Assembly (NCBI GenBank): GCA_963718585.1
Contig: OY970357.1
Location: forward strand, 210,001 to 242,000
Direction of reading: 5' to 3'
From: Candidatus Saccharimonadota bacterium
GTDB taxonomy: Bacteria > Patescibacteriota > Patescibacteriia > 2-12-FULL-60-25
Length of the DNA: 32,000 nt
Position 1 is the first letter of the stretch, and every line of letters begins with the position of its first letter. The position numbers were made by a program, and so were the translations under genes. A model generated the notes under the pieces. It did no database searches, was not told the DNA's origin, and saw only the letters and a program-made list of their open reading frames with translations. This document shows, piece after piece, positions 1 to 7,442 of this stretch.

Positions 1-49
1 GCAACAAGCCTGCGCAAACGTACCAGCTTGCAGGTCCTTTTTCAAGGAT

Positions 50-77
50 ACGCGTGGCCTATCACGCGTGGTATACT
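50..77 (+). promoter_or_regulatory. Extended -10 promoter (TGgTATACT) preceded by an ACGCGTGG direct repeat
   Basis: TG at 69-70 and TATACT at 72-77. The ATG at 86 is only 8 nt downstream. ACGCGTGG occurs at 50-57 and 64-71. The 12-mer gcgtggtatact (66-77) recurs at 31723-31734 in front of another ATG. Confidence 0.4.
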
Positions 78-85
78 CTTTTTAT

Positions 86-589
86 ATGCCTTCCACCGAG
101 TTTTTGGATCAGATGGCCAAAGCGCAAGACATCTTCGTCTGGGAAGCGCCTGCATGGGAAAAAGCTGATCGTCATCCACGCTGGTATCTGATCATGGGCG
201 GGATCGCCTTTCTTTTTGCTGCTTATGCGGTCTTCACGTCGAATTATCTTTTTGCCTTTATCATCTTCTTGACCGCGATCATCTTGGTCTTGGCGGGAAA
301 TGAGAATCCCAAAGCGGTCCTCATCCAGATCGGTGACAATGGGATCGTCGTGAACGGAAAACTCTATCAGTTCGACAAGTTACATAATTTTGCGATCATC
401 TACCACCCACCCCACACCAAGGTCCTATACGTTGAACCGAATAACGCCGTTCTTCCCCGGCTCCGCATCGATCTTGAGGACCAGGACCCCGTGGCGATCA
501 GGGCGCATTTGCTCCAATATCTGGACGAGGATACGGACTTGCGAGGAGAGCATTATTCTGATATATTCGGCCGGCTCTTAGGGATCTAA
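86..589 (+). CDS. Hypothetical membrane protein: two adjacent TM helices followed by a small soluble domain
   Basis: ORF 68-589; ATG 86 is preferred over GTG 68 because GTG 68 lies upstream of the TATACT box. Hydrophobic stretches WYLIMGGIAFLFAAYAVF and LFAFIIFLTAIILVLAG. Balanced amino-acid composition. No family recognised. Confidence 0.6.
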   Translation: MPSTEFLDQMAKAQDIFVWEAPAWEKADRHPRWYLIMGGIAFLFAAYAVFTSNYLFAFIIFLTAIILVLAGNENPKAVLIQIGDNGIVVNGKLYQFDKLHNFAIIYHPPHTKVLYVEPNNAVLPRLRIDLEDQDPVAIRAHLLQYLDEDTDLRGEHYSDIFGRLLGI

Positions 590-693
590 GATGTACCCCT
601 TGTCCGCCCCTGGCGGACAAAACGCAGGCGGTCGCCGGGGCACAAGCAAACGCTGGAGGCGGATGCGCAGTGCAAGACGACAACGCCGAGTAT

Positions 694-770
694 GCGGCCG
701 TAGCTCAGCTGGATAGAGCGCCTCCCTGCGAAGGAGGAGGTCAGACGTTCGAATCGTCTCGGTCGCACCA
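694..770 (+). tRNA. tRNA-Arg, anticodon GCG, with encoded CCA
   Basis: Hand-folded 77-nt cloverleaf. Acceptor gcggccg/cggtcgc (one G-U pair), D arm gctc-agctggata-gagc, anticodon arm cctcc-ctGCGaa-ggagg, variable loop aggtc, T arm agacg-ttcgaat-cgtct, then A-CCA. The D arm closely resembles that of E. coli tRNA-Arg. Confidence 0.9.
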
Positions 771-778
771 GAGGGAAG

Positions 779-802
779 GCCCGCCAAATGGCGGGTCTTT
801 TC
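779..802 (+). terminator. Rho-independent terminator after the tRNA
   Basis: Stem cccgcc (780-785) pairs with ggcggg (790-795), loop aaat, followed by tcttttc. Confidence 0.6.
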
Positions 803-820
803 GTATCGAACTCGTCACGG

Positions 821-849
821 TTTACGGATGAGGCACAGCGCGTTAGGTT
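821..849 (+). promoter_or_regulatory. Sigma70-like promoter: TTTACG, 17-nt spacer, TAGGTT
   Basis: -35 at 821-826 and -10 (TAnnnT) at 844-849. ATG 858 lies 8 nt downstream. The alternative ATG 828 sits inside this promoter. Confidence 0.35.
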
Positions 850-857
850 ACAGGCGT

Positions 858-1715
858 ATGAATCTTGATCCGATCTCTGCGGCCATGCCGTGGTTCACCA
901 TCTGGTGGGTACGCATCCTCCTCATCCTCGCCGGGGCGTACGTCGCCAAACGCATCGTGCATGCATCCCTCGCACGCGTCATCCGTAAGTTGGTCCGTCC
1001 GGACGCGTATGCGTCGAAAGAGGCGGAGGTCAAGCGCGAGGATACGCTCATCAAGGTCTTCTCCACGACCTTCAACGTCGTCTTCTGGCTCATCGTCCTC
1101 ATGCTCGTGCTTTCCGAGCTCGGGTTGGACATCGCGCCGCTCATCGCCGGTGCGGGCATCGTCGGGATCGCCGTGGGATTCGGCGGACAGTATCTGATCC
1201 GTGACATCCTGAGCGGACTCTTCATCATCATCGAGAATCAATACCGCGTGGGAGATGTCGTGAAGATCGACGAGGTGAGTGGCGTGGTGGAAGACATCAA
1301 TCTCCGCGTGACGATCCTGCGCGACCTCGACGGGACCGTGCACACGATCCCGAATGGGGAAGTATCGATCTCGTCGAACATGTCCCGCGACTTCGCCCGT
1401 GTGAATCTGGTGATCGGTGTCGGATATGACGCGGAGCTTTCAAAGGTCTCCGAGATCATGAATGCGGTCGGGAAAGAACTTGCAGAGGACCCGGTATACA
1501 AGGATGCGATCCGGAGCGCGCCGATGTTCGTCCGCGTAGAGGAATTCGCGGATTCCGCGGTCATGATCCGCGTCCTCGGCGATGTCGCTCCGCTCAAGCA
1601 ATGGGACGTGGCCGGGGAATACCGCCGTCGGCTTAAGACTGCCTTTGATCAGGAGGGGATCGAGATCCCATTTCCCCAACGCGTGGTCCATCTCCGGAAC
1701 GCGCCAAGCGCCTGA
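858..1715 (+). CDS. mscS: Small-conductance mechanosensitive channel, MscS family
   Basis: ORF 828-1715. Motif block GAGIVGIAVGFGGQYLIRDILSGLFIIIENQYRVGDVVKI...G.VEDINLR.T.LRDLDGTVHTIPNG is the classic MscS pore helix plus beta domain. The start could be 828 or 858. Confidence 0.9.
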   Translation: MNLDPISAAMPWFTIWWVRILLILAGAYVAKRIVHASLARVIRKLVRPDAYASKEAEVKREDTLIKVFSTTFNVVFWLIVLMLVLSELGLDIAPLIAGAGIVGIAVGFGGQYLIRDILSGLFIIIENQYRVGDVVKIDEVSGVVEDINLRVTILRDLDGTVHTIPNGEVSISSNMSRDFARVNLVIGVGYDAELSKVSEIMNAVGKELAEDPVYKDAIRSAPMFVRVEEFADSAVMIRVLGDVAPLKQWDVAGEYRRRLKTAFDQEGIEIPFPQRVVHLRNAPSA

Positions 1716-1719
1716 CGGT

Positions 1720-1748
1720 TTGGCCAAATCCGTGCGGTTCGGTACTGT
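1720..1748 (+). promoter_or_regulatory. Sigma70-like promoter: TTGGCC, 17-nt spacer, TACTGT
   Basis: -35 at 1720-1725 and -10 at 1743-1748. The recG ATG at 1755 is 6 nt downstream. Confidence 0.35.
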
Positions 1749-1754
1749 CTTGGC

Positions 1755-3833
1755 ATGCTGAATTGGTCGGACCCCGTCTCCTTCATCCACGGGCTCTCGC
1801 CGCAGGCGCGCAAGGCCCTGAAGACGCTCGAGCTTGAGACCGTAGGGGCGCTTTTGGATACCTTTCCGCGCCGATACGACGACTACTCCCATGTGACACC
1901 GATCGCGCAGGCGCCGACCGGCGAACCGGTGACCGTGCGCGCGACCGTGCAGGAACTCAAGGCGGCGCCGACATTCCGTCGTCGCATCGCCATCATCAAA
2001 GGGATCTTGAATGATGCGAGCGGGTCCATCGGCGTGACCTGGTTCAACCAGCCATGGCTCCTCAAGCAACTCAAATCCGGAGATGAGATCTTCGTGTCCG
2101 GGACCGTCACCCAGCGTCCGCGCTTTGGGCGAGGATTCACGTCTCCTTTATGGGAGCCGGCGACGGAAGCAACGCTTGCGGCCGGCAACATCGCTCCGGT
2201 CTATCCGTTGAAAGGGGCGATCGCACAAAAGACCCTGCGGAAGATCACGAAACTCGTGATCGAAGAGGTCGCATTTCCAGAAGAGTGGATCCCGGAGGCG
2301 TTGCGTGTGCGCGCCGATCTTTCGGAGATCGGGTGGGCGTATCGCATGATCCATTGGCCGGAGTCCATGACGGATGCGGAACGTGCGCGTCGGCGATTCG
2401 CCTTCGGCGAATTGTTGGCGTATCAATTGGCCATGCGCGCGGCGCGACAGGAGGCCGATGTCCATGGTGCGCCCGTGGTGAAATTCGATGAGCCGTTCGC
2501 CAAAGCCTTTGCTGCATCGTTGCCGTTCGAGATGACCGCGGATCAGAAGCGGGCTGTCTGGGCGGCGGTCAAAGATATGGAGACGGGGCGGCCGATGCGC
2601 CGTCTCCTTCAGGGGGATGTCGGGAGCGGGAAGACCGCCGTCGCGGCCATGCTTGCGGCGCTCGTCGCGCGGAGCGGCGCGTCCGCAGCGTTCATGGCAC
2701 CGACCGAGATCCTCGCGCATCAACACGCACAGACGTTCCATCGATCGCTGACGCCGCATCAGATCCCGGTCCTGCTCCTAACGTCATCTGCGCGGATCCT
2801 GTGGGAGGGCGGGGAAGAGGCGAAGCTTACGACCGCGGAAGCACGTGAACGTTTGGCGCGCGGACGGATCGTCGCCGTGGGCACGCATGCATTATTGGAG
2901 CGCGGCCAGGCGCCGCCGGATATCGCCCTTGCGATCGTGGACGAACAGCATCGGTTCGGGGTGGCGCAACGGGAGGCGTTGTCCGTCGATGCGCGGAGTG
3001 ACCAGTTGGTCCCGCATCTGCTCTCGATGAGCGCGACGCCGATTCCGCGGTCGCTTGCGTTGACCCTCCATGGGGATCTTGATGTTTCCATCATTCGGAC
3101 AAAGCCCGCGGGCCGGCAACCCGTGGCGACCAAGGTCCTGGTCGGTGAAGCCGGGCGTGAGCAGGCATACGATCTCATTCGTCGGGAGGTCGCTGATGGG
3201 CGCCAAGCATTCATCGTGTGTCCGCTCATCGATCCGTCGGATGCGCTCGGCGCGCGAAGTGTCGAGTCAGAGACGCGTCGGTTGCAGGGCGGTCCCTTGC
3301 GCGGCCTGCGCGTCGGGATGTTGCATGGAAAGATGTCGTCCGCGGAAAAAGAACAACGGATGCAGGATGTCGTCCGTGGAGCGATCGATGTGCTCGTCGC
3401 GACCACGGTGGTCGAGGTCGGTGTGGACGTGCCGAATGCGACGGTCATGCTCATCGAGGGCGCGGAACGGTTCGGTCTCGCACAACTGCATCAGCTCCGC
3501 GGACGTGTCGGCCGTTCATCACATCCGTCCCACTGTCTCCTCGTGGCTTCGGATGGCGTGGATGCGACGCGGCGATTGCGCGTGCTTGAACGGACGAATG
3601 ATGGATTCGAGATCGCTGAAGAGGATCTCAAGATCCGGGGAGAGGGGAATCTGCTGGGGGTCCAGCAAAGCGGACAGGCGGTCTTCAAGACCGCGCGGCC
3701 CGACGATCTTGAGCTTATGGCGTTGTCGCGCGAGGCTGCGGCGCAGATCATCGACATGGATCCAGGATTGAAACAGCACCCGAAACTCGCCGCGGTCGTG
3801 GATGCGCTTCGGGCAGAGAGCCATCAGGAGTGA
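1755..3833 (+). CDS. recG: ATP-dependent DNA helicase RecG
   Basis: 692 aa. N-terminal wedge/OB region, Walker A GDVGSGKT, DEQHRFG box and QLHQLRGRVGRS motif VI. Length and domain order are typical of RecG. Confidence 0.95.
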   Translation: MLNWSDPVSFIHGLSPQARKALKTLELETVGALLDTFPRRYDDYSHVTPIAQAPTGEPVTVRATVQELKAAPTFRRRIAIIKGILNDASGSIGVTWFNQPWLLKQLKSGDEIFVSGTVTQRPRFGRGFTSPLWEPATEATLAAGNIAPVYPLKGAIAQKTLRKITKLVIEEVAFPEEWIPEALRVRADLSEIGWAYRMIHWPESMTDAERARRRFAFGELLAYQLAMRAARQEADVHGAPVVKFDEPFAKAFAASLPFEMTADQKRAVWAAVKDMETGRPMRRLLQGDVGSGKTAVAAMLAALVARSGASAAFMAPTEILAHQHAQTFHRSLTPHQIPVLLLTSSARILWEGGEEAKLTTAEARERLARGRIVAVGTHALLERGQAPPDIALAIVDEQHRFGVAQREALSVDARSDQLVPHLLSMSATPIPRSLALTLHGDLDVSIIRTKPAGRQPVATKVLVGEAGREQAYDLIRREVADGRQAFIVCPLIDPSDALGARSVESETRRLQGGPLRGLRVGMLHGKMSSAEKEQRMQDVVRGAIDVLVATTVVEVGVDVPNATVMLIEGAERFGLAQLHQLRGRVGRSSHPSHCLLVASDGVDATRRLRVLERTNDGFEIAEEDLKIRGEGNLLGVQQSGQAVFKTARPDDLELMALSREAAAQIIDMDPGLKQHPKLAAVVDALRAESHQE

Positions 3834-3910
3834 GGGTCGGGTATCGAGAATTCGATATCGGTTGCCACTGCTGGGGAAAGGTTCCTAGGGAAGGGATCGT
3901 TTTGATGTGG

Positions 3911-3931
3911 ATCCTGAAACGAGTTCAGGAT
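3911..3931. other. Perfect 8-bp hairpin in the recG/radA convergent spacer
   Basis: atcctgaa (3911-3918) pairs with ttcaggat (3924-3931), loop acgag. No T-run on either side. Confidence 0.4.
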
Positions 3932-3961
3932 GACAGGATCAAAGGGCGAAGGAAGTGGAAG

Positions 3962-3993
3962 ATCCTCCGGTCAAGCCGGAGGATGACATTTTT
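3962..3993 (+). terminator. Rho-independent terminator for recG (hairpin shared with the radA 3' end)
   Basis: atcctccgg (3962-3970) pairs with ccggaggat (3976-3984), loop tcaag, then gaca and a T5 run at 3989-3993. The T-run overlaps the radA stop codon. Confidence 0.55.
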
Positions 3994-5356
3994 ATGCCTT
4001 CAACGCCGTTGCAAGCGCTTCGCGGAGGCTTGCGGCTTCGATGACCGCGAGTCCGGTCGGAGCGCGTTTTCCCTGACCCTTCGGCACGATGACGCGTGCG
4101 AATCCCATGCGCGCGAATTCTTTCAGGCGCATCTCCGGGAGCGGGACAGGTCGCAGTTCACCGGCAAGACCGATCTCGCCCATGACGCCGAGCCGTGGAT
4201 CCAGTGTTATATCTTTGACCGCACTCGCGATCGCGACCGCGAGGGCGAGGTCCACGCTCGGATCCCGCGCATCGATCCCTCCCGCCGCGTTCGCGTAGAC
4301 ATCTTTGTCCAATGCCTGGATGCCGGCGCGGCGTGCCAGGACGGCGAGCAGCATCCCAAGGCGTGCGGTGTCGACGCCGGTCGCGCGACGGACCGGTGTC
4401 CCGTAGCCGGCTGGGGAGACGAGCGCTTGGATCTCGATCAACATGGGCCGGTGCCCTTTCAACAGGCAAGCGACCGCGGAACCGGGCGCTTCGCGTGGTC
4501 GGTCGCGCAAGAGTTCTTCTGATGCATCAAGGACCGGTTCAAGACCGCGTTCGTTCATGCGCAGGAGGGCGACCTCGTCCGTCGGTCCGAAACGGTGTTT
4601 GAGCGCTCGCAACAGACGCGCCCGATGCTGTCCGTCGCCTTCGAGGAAGAGGACGGTGTCGACGAGATGCTCCAACACGCGCGGGCCGGCGACGTCGCCG
4701 TCTTTCGTGACCTGGCCGACGAGGATGATCGGGATGTTGCTGTGTTTTGCGGTCTCGGCCAGGGTCGCGGCGCACGCTTTGACCTGTGCGACGCTTCCCG
4801 GTTCCCCGTTCATGTCCGTGAGACGTAACGACTGGATCGAGTCCACGATCACGAGTGATGGACGTTCGGCGTCCAACGTCGCCGCGATCGCGGCCGCATC
4901 CGTATCGTCGAGGAAGTGCAGGGTGTCGGGGATCTGCGCGGAGAGGCGGAGGAGGCGTCGGCGGATCTGCGCCGGTGATTCCTCGCCTGTCACGTAGACG
5001 ACCTTGCGTCCCGCTTTGGCTGCAGCGATCGCGCACTGCGCGAGGATCGTGGATTTGCCGATCCCAGGTTCGCCCGCGAGGAGCGTCACGGATCCGTCGA
5101 CCAGACCGCCGCTCAAGACCGCGTCCAGCGCATCCATTCCGGTCTTGCGCGCATCTGCGGTGACGGAGGGCTCGGTCTTGGCGCTGACGAGCGGAACAGC
5201 CTTCCCTGACCGACGTGCGGCGGGTTGATCCGTCGCCGTCATTTCTGCCTCTTCGGTCAGCGTGCCCCACGTGCCGCATTCAAGACAGCGCCCGGACCAT
5301 TTACTGGTCTGGGCGCCGCACTTCGTACATGCGTAGAGGGTCGAGGTCTTGGCCAT
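3992..5356 (-). CDS. radA: DNA repair protein RadA/Sms
   Basis: Zinc finger CTKCGAQTSKWSGRCLECGTWGT, Walker A GEPGIGKST, KHRFG motif and a Lon-like C-terminal domain. Start set at ATG 5356, which has a GAGGA SD (5364-5368) 7 nt upstream. The 42-codon extension to 5482 overlaps the upstream gene. Confidence 0.95.
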   Translation of the reverse strand: MAKTSTLYACTKCGAQTSKWSGRCLECGTWGTLTEEAEMTATDQPAARRSGKAVPLVSAKTEPSVTADARKTGMDALDAVLSGGLVDGSVTLLAGEPGIGKSTILAQCAIAAAKAGRKVVYVTGEESPAQIRRRLLRLSAQIPDTLHFLDDTDAAAIAATLDAERPSLVIVDSIQSLRLTDMNGEPGSVAQVKACAATLAETAKHSNIPIILVGQVTKDGDVAGPRVLEHLVDTVLFLEGDGQHRARLLRALKHRFGPTDEVALLRMNERGLEPVLDASEELLRDRPREAPGSAVACLLKGHRPMLIEIQALVSPAGYGTPVRRATGVDTARLGMLLAVLARRAGIQALDKDVYANAAGGIDARDPSVDLALAVAIASAVKDITLDPRLGVMGEIGLAGELRPVPLPEMRLKEFARMGFARVIVPKGQGKRAPTGLAVIEAASLREALATALKA

Positions 5357-5376
5357 GCGTCCATCCTCGCTGTTCG

Positions 5377-7404
5377 TCACTTTTTTTGCAACGGGGGACA
5401 GTCTTTTAGGGTGGGGTTGCAGGCGGCCCCGCGGATACCAGACGAGCGATATAGCCCCCATGAAGTGCAGGCCGAAGTACAATCGATCGATGGGAGTTTC
5501 TTGTTCGGATCGGTCGTGGCCGCGTTCACTTCTGCACGTCTTTGATTCTCCGTTTCACATGTTGCGCGATCCAATCCCCAGTCGCCTCGACAGATACTCA
5601 GCGCTTGCTTCTTGATCGTTATTATCGGATTTTCTGGATTGTCTTTGATGCATTTGAGGGTCATCGCCGCCCGTTGCGCCGATTGCCCGCTCGCTTGGCC
5701 CGCAAAATGGGCCCATACACGGCTGATCGTGCTGGGAAGTGAAGGATTCGCATTCCCGACGTTCGCTTTGACGATCATCATCGTACTCCAGATGCTTCCG
5801 TAGACGCTCAATAACTGTGGTGCGTTAAAACAGATCCCTGCGATCTTTACGGACGGAATACCACCTTCGCACCAGGTACCTGGCTGGAAGACGGTCGTTT
5901 GGCCACCGCCGATTCCGTGGCTGAATCGCCAGTCAAGACCCAATTGCGGTTGGGATGCGTCGAAATGATCATCGTTTCTCGGTGCGGCCTTCGAGCAATT
6001 GTCGTAGTTTTTTACACTCGCTTGAAGATCCGCTCCCGTCGCGCATTTGGGGTATCCGCGTCCTCCGCATGATTTCGTACAGGCAGGGAATGACTTACCG
6101 CTATAGGTTTTTCCAGACTCTAGATATCTCTTTCCAGACCCGCTCCAGAATGCGAGATATTTTCGATCCGTATCCGGGTCTTTCGATGCCAGGAATTTTG
6201 CCGCGTTCCACCCGGAGACCCATATGCCATAGGCAAATTCGTCATGTCCGATGACCATAGGCAGTGCTGAGCCCCCGGTTTCATAATTGAACGCGGTCAC
6301 CGCGTAGCAGGAAGGGATCCCAAACCGTTTGCCGATCGTCGTGGCGCAGTCGATCTCGGATTGCAATGTTGGAAGGCCACCGACACCATAGACGATGTTG
6401 CATTCAGATGGATTGTATCCATTCGCGATCGCGCTTTGTGGGACGGGTGCGGATGGCGACGAAGGGGAAGGGGAAGGGGAAGGGGAAGTGGGTACAGGCG
6501 TTTGTACGGGGGGTTGGCTACCGAGTTCTTGATTCTGTTCTTGGAACTGAGTCGTGTCTCCCGGGTTTGTGACGCTTCCACTCGGCGTCCCCGCATTCTT
6601 GATGATCTGCTTCCAGTCGTCCACGGGTATGTATTCCAGATTTTCCGGGGTGACGACCTGGACATCGAGAGATTTGAGAGATGTATCCAGATTTGGGATG
6701 ACGGTCCGGAGGATCGTATATGTTCCGAGGACGAGGACGAGGCCCCAGAGGGCATCTCGTACGGCGCGTTTGCCGGCCTCGGTATCATCTATGGTCACGC
6801 CCATGAGATACCGTGATCCGCCCCAGATGAGTCGGATCGCTGCGGCGATCAGCGTGACGCCGAGAACGAAGTTGAAGAAGCCTCCGATGTATTGGGCGAG
6901 AAAGGGAAGTGATGCGATCCCACTGCTAAACGGAACGTCCGCCGTGAAGTTGACGCCTGGGATCGGGATCCCGAGCGTCGGAACGATGGCTTGGAACGTA
7001 TTATCTCCTTGGGTGATCTTCACCTGGGCCCCGGGCTCGACATACACCGCCGCATTCACGGGTCCGATCGTGCACTTTCCTCCGTTCGATATGAGTGTGC
7101 AGTCCTTGGTCGATAGTGGAGAGCCTTCGCAGGTGTAAGTCTTTAGCGCAGGGTTATCGACTTTGGAGACGAGTTCATCGCATGTGACCGTTGAACTGGA
7201 GAGGCAGACATTCGCCTTCTGATCCGCCGCAGGATGGCATAGGCAGCATGAGGCGGCAGAGACGGCCGAGGGAAAGATGAGCACACAGAGAGCTAGGATC
7301 CCGACGCGGTGCAGGAACCATTTCGTCGGACCGGAAAGACCGCCGGTGGGGATTCGACGTCGTTCAGGGATCTTCCAAGATATCCTCGGTGACAGAAGGC
7401 CCAT
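5377..7404 (-). CDS. P1: secreted 8-Cys module, pilin-type two-helix anchor, SP-rich linker and a 350-aa Cys-rich C-terminal domain of unknown family
   Basis: 675 aa. Signal-like h-region VGILALCVLIFPSAVSA. CCLC-containing 8-Cys module (about 7072-7251). LGIPIPGV motif. Anchor LPFLAQYIGGFFNFVLGVTLIAAAIRLIWGGSRYLMG...GKRAVRDALWGLVLVLGTYTIL (about 6700-6912). Linker PVPTSPSPSPSPSSPSAP. The C-terminal domain has many Cys residues. Paralogous to P2 and P3. Confidence 0.8.
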   Translation of the reverse strand: MGLLSPRISWKIPERRRIPTGGLSGPTKWFLHRVGILALCVLIFPSAVSAASCCLCHPAADQKANVCLSSSTVTCDELVSKVDNPALKTYTCEGSPLSTKDCTLISNGGKCTIGPVNAAVYVEPGAQVKITQGDNTFQAIVPTLGIPIPGVNFTADVPFSSGIASLPFLAQYIGGFFNFVLGVTLIAAAIRLIWGGSRYLMGVTIDDTEAGKRAVRDALWGLVLVLGTYTILRTVIPNLDTSLKSLDVQVVTPENLEYIPVDDWKQIIKNAGTPSGSVTNPGDTTQFQEQNQELGSQPPVQTPVPTSPSPSPSPSSPSAPVPQSAIANGYNPSECNIVYGVGGLPTLQSEIDCATTIGKRFGIPSCYAVTAFNYETGGSALPMVIGHDEFAYGIWVSGWNAAKFLASKDPDTDRKYLAFWSGSGKRYLESGKTYSGKSFPACTKSCGGRGYPKCATGADLQASVKNYDNCSKAAPRNDDHFDASQPQLGLDWRFSHGIGGGQTTVFQPGTWCEGGIPSVKIAGICFNAPQLLSVYGSIWSTMMIVKANVGNANPSLPSTISRVWAHFAGQASGQSAQRAAMTLKCIKDNPENPIITIKKQALSICRGDWGLDRATCETENQRRAEVNAATTDPNKKLPSIDCTSACTSWGLYRSSGIRGAACNPTLKDCPPLQKK
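6461..6490 (-). repeat. Hexanucleotide tandem repeat (GAAGGG x4 plus one imperfect unit) encoding the (SP)n linker
   Basis: The + strand reads gaaggg gaaggg gaaggg gaaggg gaagtg. The minus-strand translation is PTSPSPSPSPS. Confidence 0.9.
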
Positions 7405-7442
7405 TTATCGCGTATAATATCGTATATCCGCAGGAATGGACA
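7389..7442. promoter_or_regulatory. Overlapping divergent promoters for P1 and P2 sharing one AT-rich -10 core
   Basis: Plus strand: GTGACA (7389-7394), 18-nt spacer, TATAAT (7413-7418). Minus strand: TGTCCA (7442-7437), 17-nt spacer, TATTAT (7419-7414), then 9 nt to the P1 ATG at 7404. Confidence 0.45.

Noticed and set aside
600-620. Terminator after the first CDS
   Set aside because: An 8-bp hairpin (ttgtccgc/gcggacaa) is present but is not followed by a T-run on either strand. The downstream tRNA may be co-transcribed, so this is left as an unassigned hairpin.
3830-4522. 230-aa plus-strand ORF
   Set aside because: It starts in the terminator-hairpin spacer and then runs antisense to radA. 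The sequence is Arg-rich junk.
5357-5482. 42-codon N-terminal extension of radA
   Set aside because: It overlaps the 3' end of P1. The canonical RadA N-terminus (MAKTSTLYACTKCG) starts at ATG 5356, which has a GAGGA SD.
6461-6490. CRISPR array or non-coding satellite
   Set aside because: It is a 6-nt in-frame repeat with no spacers, inside a CDS. No CRISPR-like repeat-spacer structure exists anywhere in the window.
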